A stretch of 63,926 bases of DNA, filler included, from an uncultured Gemmatimonadota bacterium (GTDB lineage Bacteria; Blakebacterota; Blakebacteria; Blakebacterales; Blakebacteraceae), in assembly GCA_964576115.1 (NCBI GenBank). It is 5 parts of 5 records of this genome, joined end to end, with 100 filler letters (N's around TTAATTAATTAA, not from the genome) between each part and the next. Parts side by side here need not be neighbours in the genome. Positions count along the whole stretch, not along the records: positions 1 to 21,788 come from CAZNUA010000002.1; 4 more parts are not named here. One strand, written 5' to 3'. The translations under genes and the position numbers were made by a program. This document shows positions 10,016 to 19,249 of this stretch, in pieces. Each line of letters begins with the position of its first letter. Position 1 is the stretch's first letter. Below the pieces are notes generated by a model, which was not told the origin of the DNA, did no database searches, and saw only the letters and a list, made by a program, of their open reading frames with translations.

Positions 10016-10815
10016 GAGGGCGGCGGGGTCGAAGCCGGCAGTTCCACACCCATCCGACGGAGTTTTTCGATCCGCCTGCGGGCGTGCTTGTTTTTGCTGG
10101 AGTCGGGGTAATTGGCAACCAGGGCGGCGAAGGCTTCTAAGGCCTGCGGATATTCTTCAAGCTGGTAGTGCGCTTCCCCGATTCCCCAGAGAGCCAGATC
10201 GAGGTGGGAGGTGTCGGGCCAGAACTCACCGGCTTCCTGGAACATGAGCAGAGCCGCCTGCAGGTCGTTTTCGGTCCCCAGTCGCAGGTAGGTATCCCCC
10301 TGGTAGATCTGCTTGCGCGCCAGCTTGTCGTACGCCAGATCGCGGTATGCGACGGCCTGATCGACCAGTTCGGAGGTGGGGTAATCGAGCAGGAAAGCCC
10401 TGAACTCGGTGAAGGCCTGGAGGGTTTCGGTACGATCGAGCTTGTAGGAATGGGAGAGTTCCCAGTAGCAGAGACCGATCTTGAAGGCGGCGTCATCGAC
10501 CAGCGGGCTTCGGCGGTAGGAGCGGACGATGCTGCGATACTCGTTCTGAGCCAGATAGTAGCTCTTCTCCCTGAAGTGCGTCTCGGCCAGCCCGTAATGA
10601 ACCGAGTCGATGATGGCGCTTCCCGAAGCGGAATAGACCAGTTCCTGAAAGACCTCCTTGGCCTGATAGGTTCGCCCGGCTTCGAACAGGCGCCAGGCAT
10701 AGTGCATCCGTTCTTCGGGGCCGGCGTCGGAGCGGGGGCGCGGTACACCCGCACACCCCGCCACGACGATGACCGCCGTCACGAACAGATATCGGCTCAT
10801 TCTCGGTTTCCGCAT
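10012..10815 (-). CDS. bamD: Outer membrane protein assembly factor BamD (TPR lipoprotein)
   Basis: Lipobox VVAGC; TPR repeats with BamD-like AFTEFRAFLLDYPTS and KLARK segments. Confidence 0.8.
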   Translation of the reverse strand: MRKPRMSRYLFVTAVIVVAGCAGVPRPRSDAGPEERMHYAWRLFEAGRTYQAKEVFQELVYSASGSAIIDSVHYGLAETHFREKSYYLAQNEYRSIVRSYRRSPLVDDAAFKIGLCYWELSHSYKLDRTETLQAFTEFRAFLLDYPTSELVDQAVAYRDLAYDKLARKQIYQGDTYLRLGTENDLQAALLMFQEAGEFWPDTSHLDLALWGIGEAHYQLEEYPQALEAFAALVANYPDSSKNKHARRRIEKLRRMGVELPASTPPPS

Positions 10816-10880
10816 CCCGGCCCCGTACTTCGAATTCAGAGTCGTATTCTCACGCGCCGCAGTGCCCGCCTGCGACCTGC

Positions 10881-11639
10881 TCAGCCGCCGATTTCGGCCA
10901 GCTTACGCCGCACCAGCGCCACATGCTGGCTGGCGGGGTAGCGCTGCAGGAAGTCGCGGTAGGTGGCGATGGCCTCATCGCGCCGACCCATGTTCTGGTA
11001 GGTCATGCCGATCTTGAGCAGGGCGTCCTCGAGTTTGTTCGCCCCGGCGTAGTTCAGCACCCGGCGGAAAGCCTCCACCGCCTGCGGGAACTCCTCGAGC
11101 TTGTAGTAGCATTCCCCGGTCCAGTATTCGGCATTGTCGGCCAGGTCGCTGGCCGGAGCCATCTGCACGACCCGGGCGAACTCGGGGATGGCTTCGCGGG
11201 GTTGATCGTTGTTGTAGAGCTGCAGGGCCCGGTTGTAGACCGCCCGGTAGTCGCCGGCCGCCGGTTCGGGAGTCGGGCCCTCGGCGAACTGCAGGGCGCC
11301 CGACGCCCGCGGCGGGGTCTCGGCCTCGCGCTTGAGACGCGCGACCTCGTCGTTGAGCAGGCTCAACCGGGTCGAGACATTCTCGGTCTTGCGGTCGAGT
11401 TCAGCCAGCTGTTCCTCGTTCTGGGTGACTTTCTGCCCGATCTGGGCCATGTCACGACCGATGGCGGTCACTTCCTGGCCGGTGCGTTCGTTCTGGACGG
11501 CCACCTCGTCAAGGCGGGCCTGCATGGCTTCCAGGGTCGTCTGCTGGTCGGTCAGCGTCTGCCGCAATGCACCCGCACATCCTGAAACCGCCACCAGGAG
11601 AAGCGGAAGGGTCAGGATGGCCCCGCGTCGCAATCGCAT
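10881..11639 (-). CDS. cpoB: Tol-Pal system protein YbgF/CpoB
   Basis: Start MRLRRG at 11639 after GGGAGG; lipobox VSGC, coiled coil, TPRs ADNAEYWTGECYY and DALLKIG. Confidence 0.85.
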   Translation of the reverse strand: MRLRRGAILTLPLLLVAVSGCAGALRQTLTDQQTTLEAMQARLDEVAVQNERTGQEVTAIGRDMAQIGQKVTQNEEQLAELDRKTENVSTRLSLLNDEVARLKREAETPPRASGALQFAEGPTPEPAAGDYRAVYNRALQLYNNDQPREAIPEFARVVQMAPASDLADNAEYWTGECYYKLEEFPQAVEAFRRVLNYAGANKLEDALLKIGMTYQNMGRRDEAIATYRDFLQRYPASQHVALVRRKLAEIGG

Positions 11640-11707
11640 CTCGTACCTCCCTGTCAGTGATGCGCCGTCCGCCGGAGCGGATCGTCGCCGTGAATTCCTC
11701 GACCGGC

Positions 11708-12967
11708 CTACCTCTGCGGAGGCAGGAACCAGCGCTCGGCACCGGAAAAGCCGATCGTCAGGCGCCAGTACGTTTCCTGATCGCCGTTTCCGGCCCGATA
11801 GCGTCCGAGCTGGAGCGTGATATCGCTCCAGGCCCGCCGCTCGGTACCGATGAAGAAAGCCGTCCCCAGCATGACACTGAGGCGCGACACCTTGCCGCCG
11901 TCTGGTCCGGGAGCGTACAGCTGACCGGTCCGCACTCCCAGGCGCAGGGGAATAGCATCGATGAAGCTGGTCTGCTCTTCGGGCGGCCGGGCCCGCCGTT
12001 CGATACCGAATCCGACTGCCCCGTCCGCCCGCAGCCCCGAGCCCGGACCGACCACGGCCCCGCCTCCGGCCGGCGGGGTTCCGACCCACCGCGTCTCGTC
12101 CCAGACGGTCACACCGTAATCGAGATAGAGGGCCCACACATCACTCGCCGACCAGCCGGCGCTCAGCGCCAGGCTGTGCCCGAGTTCGAGACGGCCCTCG
12201 CTGGTATCCGCCCCGCTGGCGACGCTCGACGTGATCCAGTTGACATCCAGACGCCCGCCGGATATGTAGGCCGCTCCGAGCCGCAACCGGTCAAGCGGTT
12301 CGAGCTGCACCCCGGCCGACCAGCGGGTGCCACGGTGCTGACGGTGGAGGGTATCCTCGGCATCGACGTACCCGGAGTCGTCGAAATTGACCGCCCACTC
12401 CTGCTTGAAATTCCCGAAAACGAGTTCGGTGGTGAAACCGGCCGCCACCAGACCCGAGGAGAGACGCCAGGCCAGACCGGCCCAGGCGCGATTGAGACCG
12501 CCGGTCCCGTAGTAGTCCTGCCGCACATTCAGATCGTTCCCGACGGTGCCTCTGGAATGGATTTCGAAATCGCTGGCGCTCAGCCGCTGCAGCCCGCCGG
12601 AGAGTGCGAAGCCGCCTCCCACCGGCAGGATGATCCCGGCCAGCCGGGGACCGCTCCGGTTCAGTCCTCCTGTCTGGTCACCATAGGAACCGGAGAGACG
12701 ACCGATCTCCCAGGTGAAGGAGTACAGCACCCGGTCGGCCAGGGCAGGCAGGGCCGGATTGACGGCCCCGATGACGGCCGGGTCTCCGCCCCAGGGCGCC
12801 ACCGCCGCCACCCCGCCCACCGCCAGGGCGTGCGGCGGTGTCATGGGAAGCGGTTCACCGAAAGAACGGATCCCGAAGGCTGTCTGGGCCCGGGCCGGGA
12901 TCGCGGCGGATACGATCAGGATCGCAGCCGTCAGGCCGATCCCCACACGGGCGCCGGAGGCATTCAT
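11708..12967 (-). CDS. Outer-membrane beta-barrel protein (FadL/PorV-like)
   Basis: Signal peptide; AVNPA motif; alternating aromatic beta-strands; C-terminal LTIGFSGAERWF. Confidence 0.7.
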   Translation of the reverse strand: MNASGARVGIGLTAAILIVSAAIPARAQTAFGIRSFGEPLPMTPPHALAVGGVAAVAPWGGDPAVIGAVNPALPALADRVLYSFTWEIGRLSGSYGDQTGGLNRSGPRLAGIILPVGGGFALSGGLQRLSASDFEIHSRGTVGNDLNVRQDYYGTGGLNRAWAGLAWRLSSGLVAAGFTTELVFGNFKQEWAVNFDDSGYVDAEDTLHRQHRGTRWSAGVQLEPLDRLRLGAAYISGGRLDVNWITSSVASGADTSEGRLELGHSLALSAGWSASDVWALYLDYGVTVWDETRWVGTPPAGGGAVVGPGSGLRADGAVGFGIERRARPPEEQTSFIDAIPLRLGVRTGQLYAPGPDGGKVSRLSVMLGTAFFIGTERRAWSDITLQLGRYRAGNGDQETYWRLTIGFSGAERWFLPPQR

Positions 12968-14145
12968 CGGCTCTCTCCCGGCGGAATGGAATAGACGATC
13001 CGGAGCCGGGCCCGCTGGGCCGCAGGCACCCCCGTACGCAGTTGCAGATAGCCCACTCCGCTGGATTCGTTGGAAGCCAGGAGTACCATCTGCAGGACCG
13101 GTTCACCGGCCAGAACCGCCACTTCCAGGGTCGGTGTGACGTTGAGGGTGGCGGTGGTGTCGGCCGTTGAGATCGATGCGGCGTAACTGAGGCTTCCCTC
13201 CAGCAAGACCATCCCCGAGTGTATCGACCAGGGGTTGAAGTCGAGGGGCAGCGCGGCGGCGATAGTGATCGGCGAGTCGAGAACCCGTTCGGAATCGAAC
13301 CACAGGTTGAGTTCGGCCCGGTTGACCGTGACACCGGAGGGAACCGCCCCGATATCGAAGGTCAGCAAAGTCCGGAAGGGGGCCCCCCGTCCGACCCGGA
13401 GACTGCCGGCCGGTCCCGGGCCCGGTGTGAAGCGGAGCAGGACCAGGTCGGCGGTGGTGTAGTGCGTCCGGGTCATCACGCTGGTACCGCCGGCCGGAAT
13501 GTAGGTCAGCGAAATCCGGGGCCGGCGGGAAGCGGCCGTACCGGAGGCGTCTACGGAATAGTATGCGAGCAGGAAGGGAGCGGGTGAGAGAGCGGCGATC
13601 GCCAGACCCCGCCCGGCTGCCACGGGATCGTCTATCCAGGACTGGACCAGAGCGGGGGGGAGGGAAAAGTGAACCGTGTCGAGGGCGGCTTCGATGAGAA
13701 CGGTGCGCTCGGCCGCCGCTGAATCGAGGTTGAGGGTGCCGAGGTCGGCACCGGTCCAGGTCGAATCCCAGTTGCTCGAGACCGGTGCGAGCTGCAGGGT
13801 GCAGAGAGCCAGGCTGTCATCGACCGAGGCCCCGATCGGGTCGAGGATGAAGGTGGCCCCGGTCACCGTCGCCCCGGCGGGAAGATCGGTGAAAGCGACC
13901 AGGGTAACGGCCTCGTAGCCCGAGAAAGCGCCTGTGAAGAGGCGGCTGGAGGCGGCCAGCGGCAGATCGACGCTCCAGCTCGTATCGGACCCGGCCGACG
14001 CCAGGGTATCGGAATCGACCGCACTCGGCCCGCGTCCGGTCAGGGCATACCCTGCCTCGTTGTTCTCGTTGGGGCTGCAACCGAACAGGAGCAGCAGAAC
14101 CGTTACCAGCGCCGCCGGGATCGGAAGCCGGGTCGCGCTTCTCAT
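12964..14145 (-). CDS. Lipoprotein, beta-rich (DUF4270-like)
   Basis: Lipobox LLFGC; two similar domains ending RPRISLTY and RARLRIVY; overlaps the barrel gene start by 4 bp. Confidence 0.55.
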   Translation of the reverse strand: MRSATRLPIPAALVTVLLLLFGCSPNENNEAGYALTGRGPSAVDSDTLASAGSDTSWSVDLPLAASSRLFTGAFSGYEAVTLVAFTDLPAGATVTGATFILDPIGASVDDSLALCTLQLAPVSSNWDSTWTGADLGTLNLDSAAAERTVLIEAALDTVHFSLPPALVQSWIDDPVAAGRGLAIAALSPAPFLLAYYSVDASGTAASRRPRISLTYIPAGGTSVMTRTHYTTADLVLLRFTPGPGPAGSLRVGRGAPFRTLLTFDIGAVPSGVTVNRAELNLWFDSERVLDSPITIAAALPLDFNPWSIHSGMVLLEGSLSYAASISTADTTATLNVTPTLEVAVLAGEPVLQMVLLASNESSGVGYLQLRTGVPAAQRARLRIVYSIPPGESR

Positions 14146-14325
14146 GCCGCCGCCTCTCGCCCCACGTTCATCCTGCCTTCCGCCGGCCGTGATCCGGACT
14201 GTCTCCGGTCGAACTCCGGAATGTTCTCGGTTGCGTTCCGGGATATTTTCGATCGTGCTCCGAAATGTGATTTGCCTTGCTCTCCGGGTAGTGATCGGTC
14301 ACTCTCAGGCTACCGGGTGCGGCCC

Positions 14326-14506
14326 CTGAGAAAGGCCGTTTACAGCAACCACCATGAGGGTCGGCCTCGGGCCCTGAATGCGCCGCCGTGACCCGTAAAC
14401 GATTGACCCGCACGCGGGTTCCTTTGTTTACGGCAGCGGCGATGAAATGGGACCGGCGCCTGTGAAAGCCCTTATCCCTGTCTGGGAGAGGCGTCGCCTT
14501 TCTCAG
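14326..14506 (-). ncRNA. ssrS: Probable 6S RNA
   Basis: 181-nt intergenic segment closed by a perfect 11-bp inverted repeat (CTGAGAAAGGC / GCCTTTCTCAG) with a long apical stem (CGCCGCUG-CCGUAAAC..ACCCG / CGGGU..GUUUACGG..CGGCGGCG). A G-U pair favours the minus strand. Length and rod shape match 6S. Confidence 0.55.
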
Positions 14507-14545
14507 CCCGCCGTCCCGGGATCGAGGTAACGCCTCCCGTAGCGT

Positions 14546-14989
14546 TCAGCGTTCGGGGGGCGTTTCCCGTTCGGGAGCGGGAGGGGGAGTCCGATCCCGC
14601 CCTCCGGGCGGGATCTCGTCCTGCAGACCGGGCAGGATCTCGTCGACGTCCTTCTCCATGTTCTCGAGCATCCAGCGAGCTTCTTCCGCCCAACCGCCCT
14701 CGGGATCGGCTTCCAGGAGCTCGGTGAACCAGCGCCTCGCCTCGCTGAAACGGCCCAGGCCCTCGGCCCAGGCGAAACCGATGGTGAAACGGGCTTCGCT
14801 GGCATAGCGTAACGGGGGATCGCGCTCCAGGAACGCCTCGGCCGACCGAATCAGCTCTTCGGTACCCAGATCGCCCCCGACGATCGCCTGCCACTCGCTC
14901 TCCCATTTCGCCGAACCGCCGCAGCTCGCCGCAGCGAGCAGCACGGCTCCAGTCAGAAGTATATGGCGGGTGAGGGACACGCGCGGCAT
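14546..14989 (-). CDS. TPR-like lipoprotein
   Basis: Lipobox AAASC; ASEARFTIGFAWAEGLG..EARRWF TPR pattern. Confidence 0.7.
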   Translation of the reverse strand: MPRVSLTRHILLTGAVLLAAASCGGSAKWESEWQAIVGGDLGTEELIRSAEAFLERDPPLRYASEARFTIGFAWAEGLGRFSEARRWFTELLEADPEGGWAEEARWMLENMEKDVDEILPGLQDEIPPGGRDRTPPPAPERETPPER

Positions 14990-15005
14990 AGAGTCTTCCT
15001 GTACC

Positions 15006-15323
15006 TCAGTCCTTCGAGCTGGTGCCGGTCCCGGCGGTCGAACCCGTCCGCGTCGAGGCGGCGGCTTTCTTCTTCGCGGTCCGATCGGTGGAGGTCGAAG
15101 CCTGAGTCCCGCGTTCGGCCTTTTCGGCCTTGCGATACGATTCGCTCCGGTAGTCGGTCTGGTAAAAACCCGATCCCTTGAAGATGATCCCGGCCCCGCT
15201 CCCGATCAGACGACGGACCTCGCCGCCGCACTCGGGGCAGGTCCCGATCGGTTCATCCGTAATGCTCTGAAATTCTTCGAAACGGTGACCGCACTCGCGG
15301 CACTCGTACTCGTATGTCGGCAT
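15006..15323 (-). CDS. FmdB family zinc-ribbon protein
   Basis: MPTYEYECRECGHRFE..CPECGG..IFKGSGFYQTDY. Confidence 0.92.
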   Translation of the reverse strand: MPTYEYECRECGHRFEEFQSITDEPIGTCPECGGEVRRLIGSGAGIIFKGSGFYQTDYRSESYRKAEKAERGTQASTSTDRTAKKKAAASTRTGSTAGTGTSSKD

Positions 15324-15338
15324 CAGGCCGTCCCGCTC

Positions 15339-15782
15339 TCAGCGTCCGCCGCGGCGACTGCGCTCGCGATCCTGCAGCTGGTATTCGTGCCAGGCCTGAC
15401 GAATGACAGCAAGATTATCCCAGCGGTCCTCGGTGACGATCCTGATCTTCCTGTCGGCGGGGGAGGACATCGAATACTCCTGGGCCGCATTGACCACTTC
15501 GATGATGTACCGGTCCCCGGAGATGGGGTCGATGTACGCGTTGGAGTCGGGGAGAACCGTCATCAACGAGTCGATCTCCATCGTGAACTCGCCGTGGGTT
15601 TTGTAATACTCCTCCTGCGCCTCGGCCAGCGGGACGAGTTTTTCCCGGGCCAGGGCATAGGCTTCCTCTTCCCCCATCGAGGTCAGGTAGGGTACGACGA
15701 GCGCGGCGGCGATGCCGGCCGTGGTAATGATGAGCAGCATCTGGATGTAATTCATGCCGCTGGTGCTTGAGAAACGACGCAT
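15339..15782 (-). CDS. Type IV pilin/pseudopilin-like protein
   Basis: Short basic leader MRRFSSTSG, then MNYIQMLLII hydrophobic helix and AQEEYY..GEF pilin-like segment. Confidence 0.55.
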   Translation of the reverse strand: MRRFSSTSGMNYIQMLLIITTAGIAAALVVPYLTSMGEEEAYALAREKLVPLAEAQEEYYKTHGEFTMEIDSLMTVLPDSNAYIDPISGDRYIIEVVNAAQEYSMSSPADRKIRIVTEDRWDNLAVIRQAWHEYQLQDRERSRRGGR

Positions 15783-15982
15783 CCTCGACTCCCTGGGCGC
15801 TGGGCCCGTTGTGCCGGGTCGCGATCGACCCGTACTGCCGTGCGTACCTCTTGCCAGAAGAGGCAATATAGAACAGGGGTGCCGCGGGAGGCCACCCTCT
15901 TTCACGACCCCCCGCTGCTCAGACGTCCGGCCGCCCGGATCGTTGCCGGAGAATTCGTTCCGGGTGCGGTCTCGGAAAGCTC

Positions 15983-17602
15983 TCAGCGAACCTTGACCGC
16001 CACGGTGAGTTCCTGATCCTGCCCGGGAATCCAGGTCTTGATCATGACGTAGGAGCCCGTTTCGAGACCCTCGAGAACCCTCTCGTATGCCTGCAGGTTC
16101 GGCACCGCCTCGCCGTCGACCTCCATCAGGACGAACCCGCCGTTGCGGAACTGGGCATCCCAGGCCGGCCCGTAGGGCTCCACCGCCTCGACCAGCAGTC
16201 CACGGCCGCTGAAGCCGAGCTCGCGGGCGGTGTCGCGATCCAGGTCGGTCACCTCGAGTCCGAGCCGGTCGGCGTCCGACTCCTCCTCGGTCACCTGCGG
16301 CGCCGAGGTGTCGGCGGGACGCTCGCGCAGGGTCACCGTCAGGGTCAGCTCGCGTCCGGCCCGGCGGCTGTTCCCGCCCCGGTAGACCGTGACCTCGATC
16401 CGGGTTCCGGGGGAGGCCGTGCTCACCATGGTCTGCAGCTCGCCGCCGGTGTCGATCGGCTCGCCCTCGATCTTGACCAGGATATCGTCGACCTCCAGGC
16501 CCGCCTCGTCAGCCGGTCCCCCGGGAGTCACGGTGGTCACCAGCACCCCGATCGGGGGACTGTAGGGCAGGCTGCGCGCCTCGGCGATATCGGCCCCCAC
16601 CGGCTGGGACTGAAACTGGATTCCCAGCCAGGAGCGCCGCACCCGGCCGTACTCGATCAGATCGCGGGCCACGGCCCGGGCCAGGTTGATCGGGACCGCA
16701 AAACCGTAGCCCTCATACAGACCGGTCTGCGAGGCGATGGCGGTATTGATGCCGACCACCCTGCCGCTCAGGTCGACCAGCGGTCCGCCCGAGTTACCCC
16801 GGTTGATGACGGCATCGGTCTGGATGTAGTCCTGGATGCCCAGGTTGACGTTCCCGTCGGTCGGCCCGATGTTCAGCGAACGGCCCTTGGCGCTGACGAT
16901 CCCGGCTGTAACGGTGAAGTCGAACTGGAGCGGGTTGCCGATCGCCAGGACCCAATCGGCGATCTCGAGCATATCGGAGTCGCCCAGGGCCACCGTCGGC
17001 AGCTCTTCGTCGGTCTCGATCTTGATCACGGCCACGTCGGTCAGTTCGTCGCTGCCCACCAGGACGGCGTCGTAGCGCCGCTTGTCGGGCAGGGTCACGG
17101 TGATCTCCTCGGCCCCGTCGACGACATGATGGTTGGTGATGATGTGCCCGTCGGGCGAAAAGATGAAGCCCGACCCCTCGCCCCGGACCCGCTGGCGGTA
17201 AGGCTCTTCTCCCTGCTGCTGATCCTCATCGGGGAACTGGAAGTAGCGCCGGAACTCCTCGGGGATCTGGAGCTGCGTGGAGGCCACCTCCCGGAAACCT
17301 TCGACCTCGATCCCCACCACCGCCGGCCGAACCCGCGCCGCGGCCGAACTCAGCGAGGGCAGGCCCTGCTGTGCGGCCCGCGCCGTTCCGGTGACCGCCT
17401 CTTCGTACGAGACCGGCATGACCGGAACTCCTCCGGCGGCCGAATCGCTCGCGACGGGGGGCTCGAGGGCCTGCAGGGCCGCTTCGGAAGCGTTGCCGGA
17501 TGGCCTCCCATCCCACAATCCCGCCACGATCAGTCCTGCCGCCATCCCCGCCAGGAGAACCGGCACCAGAACCGTCCACCTCTTTGCATCGCTTGTCGAC
17601 AT
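15983..17602 (-). CDS. degP: HtrA/DegP (Do family) serine protease with two PDZ domains
   Basis: GSGFI, TNHHVV, TDVAVIK, QTDAVINRGNSGGPL, two PDZ domains. Confidence 0.93.
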   Translation of the reverse strand: MSTSDAKRWTVLVPVLLAGMAAGLIVAGLWDGRPSGNASEAALQALEPPVASDSAAGGVPVMPVSYEEAVTGTARAAQQGLPSLSSAAARVRPAVVGIEVEGFREVASTQLQIPEEFRRYFQFPDEDQQQGEEPYRQRVRGEGSGFIFSPDGHIITNHHVVDGAEEITVTLPDKRRYDAVLVGSDELTDVAVIKIETDEELPTVALGDSDMLEIADWVLAIGNPLQFDFTVTAGIVSAKGRSLNIGPTDGNVNLGIQDYIQTDAVINRGNSGGPLVDLSGRVVGINTAIASQTGLYEGYGFAVPINLARAVARDLIEYGRVRRSWLGIQFQSQPVGADIAEARSLPYSPPIGVLVTTVTPGGPADEAGLEVDDILVKIEGEPIDTGGELQTMVSTASPGTRIEVTVYRGGNSRRAGRELTLTVTLRERPADTSAPQVTEEESDADRLGLEVTDLDRDTARELGFSGRGLLVEAVEPYGPAWDAQFRNGGFVLMEVDGEAVPNLQAYERVLEGLETGSYVMIKTWIPGQDQELTVAVKVR

Positions 17603-17625
17603 GGTTCTCTACTCCTCTGAATTCT

Positions 17626-17655
17626 CTGTTCTGTTCTGTTCTCTTCTCTTCTGTT
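17626..17655. repeat. Pentanucleotide tandem repeat (CT[G/C]TT)x6 in the degP leader
   Basis: CTGTT x3, CTCTT x2, CTGTT read directly, inside a pyrimidine-rich intergenic stretch. Confidence 0.8.
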
Positions 17656-17713
17656 CTATCCCGTTTTTCTTTTCTCTTCGCTTTTCCTTTGTATTAAACC
17701 GGAACCATTTTCT

Positions 17714-19249
17714 TTAACTCCCCGACCCCGACTCCGGTTCCCCGCCCCTGTCACCCTCATCGGCCAGTTTTTCGAGGCGCCGGTACAGCGTGCGCAGGCC
17801 GATCCCGAGGACCTCGGCGGTCCGCTTTTTGTCTCCGCCGAGCCGTTTGAGCGTCTCGACGATCAGGGCCAGCTCGATCTCCTCGAGAGGAGTGCCGAGC
17901 GGGATCGGGATCGAACCGCTCAGGGCCTCCTCACCGCCGGCCGCTACGGCCGGACTCCCTTCGGCCAGCTCGTGGCGCAGGGCGGCGATTTCCTCACGCA
18001 GGGCCTGCAGGGATGTGAAAATGAGTTCGCGCTCCACCTGTTCGGTGCTCTTGCCGGTGGGAGCCGGCAGATTGCTGCGGTCGCGGGAGCGTTCCTCCAC
18101 GATGCGGCTCAGCTTTTCGACGGTGATCTTCTGCCCCGGGTGGAGCAGGATGATCTGCTCGACCAGGTTGCGCAGCTCGCGGACGTTACCGGGCCAGGGA
18201 TAGCGCTGCAGCCAGGCCAGGGCATCGTCGGTGAAGCCGACGAAGGTGGTGCCGTGGATCCGGCAGACCTGATCGACGAAATGGCGCAGCAGGGGGAGGA
18301 TGTCCTCCTGGCGTTCGCGCAGGGGGGGAAGGTCGATCGTGACGACCTGCAGGCGGTAGTACAGATCCTCGCGGAAGCGGCCGGCTGCGACCGCTTCCTC
18401 GAGTTCGACATTGGTGGCCGCCAGGGTCCGGGCCCGTACCTGCAGAGGGTCGGTACCGCCGACCCGCACGAACTCGCCCTGTTCGAGCACGCGCAGCAGC
18501 TTGGCCTGCAGATTGCGCGAGAGGTCGCCGATCTCGTCGAGGAAGATGGTCCCGCTTCCGGCCGCTTCGAACACACCCTGCTTGCGGCTGCTCGCTCCGG
18601 TGAAGGCTCCCCGTTCGTGACCGAAGAGTTCGGATTCGATGAGGGTCTCGGAAAGCCCCGGGGTGTTCACGGCGATGAAGGGCTCGCCGTGGCGCGTACC
18701 GGCCCGGTGAATACCGCGGGCCACGAGTTCCTTGCCGGTACCCGAGGGGCCGCGGATGAGAACCGGCACATCGGTCGGAGCCACCCGCTGGATGGTCCTG
18801 ATCACACTGGTGATGGACGAACTCACACCCAGCAGACCGGTCAGGTTCCCGACCCGGGCGTACTCGAGCAGGGTTTCGACGATTTCACCGGTATCGCTCT
18901 CGGGGGGCGGGGGCGGAGCATCGGGTCCGCGCCACGGATCGAGTCGTTCGGTCTCCCGGGCGTGAGAGTCCGCTCCGATAAGCAGCAGCTGACCGTGAGG
19001 ACTCAGCCGCCGCTGGGCGTCACCGATCGCCTCGAGGTCGGTATCGTCCACGTCGTCGGGAACGATCACCAGTTCCACGGCCCGGGCACCGACATAGCGC
19101 CGGATCTGATCGGCCCGGGGCAGGACCACCGCCCGGGAATCGCAGTGAGCACTTTCGAGGGCGCTTCGTACGCCGGGGTTCTCGGCTGCGACGATGACCG
19201 GTTCCCGATCGGGAGAGAAGGCTCCGGAAGGCGGATGCGGCTCACTCAT
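17714..19249 (-). CDS. Sigma-54-dependent activator (bEBP), Fis-type HTH, atypical N-terminal domain
   Basis: [51 protein letters not shown]-terminal HTH; start 19249 overlaps the glmM stop. Confidence 0.93.
   Translation of the reverse strand: MSEPHPPSGAFSPDREPVIVAAENPGVRSALESAHCDSRAVVLPRADQIRRYVGARAVELVIVPDDVDDTDLEAIGDAQRRLSPHGQLLLIGADSHARETERLDPWRGPDAPPPPPESDTGEIVETLLEYARVGNLTGLLGVSSSITSVIRTIQRVAPTDVPVLIRGPSGTGKELVARGIHRAGTRHGEPFIAVNTPGLSETLIESELFGHERGAFTGASSRKQGVFEAAGSGTIFLDEIGDLSRNLQAKLLRVLEQGEFVRVGGTDPLQVRARTLAATNVELEEAVAAGRFREDLYYRLQVVTIDLPPLRERQEDILPLLRHFVDQVCRIHGTTFVGFTDDALAWLQRYPWPGNVRELRNLVEQIILLHPGQKITVEKLSRIVEERSRDRSNLPAPTGKSTEQVERELIFTSLQALREEIAALRHELAEGSPAVAAGGEEALSGSIPIPLGTPLEEIELALIVETLKRLGGDKKRTAEVLGIGLRTLYRRLEKLADEGDRGGEPESGSGS

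Noticed and set aside
14312..14345. GGGTGC..CTGAGA resembling the start of a TPP riboswitch
   Set aside because: The downstream ACCTGA / GCGNAGG elements are missing, no thiamine gene follows, and CTGAGA is part of the rod's closing stem.
14326..14506. Retron msr-msd interpretation of the inverted-repeat-bounded RNA
   Set aside because: No reverse transcriptase nearby; the context is core housekeeping.
17716..17741. GGAAC-N18-GTT on the minus strand as an ECF promoter for degP
   Set aside because: Only 8 informative bases, inside the upstream coding sequence; too likely by chance.
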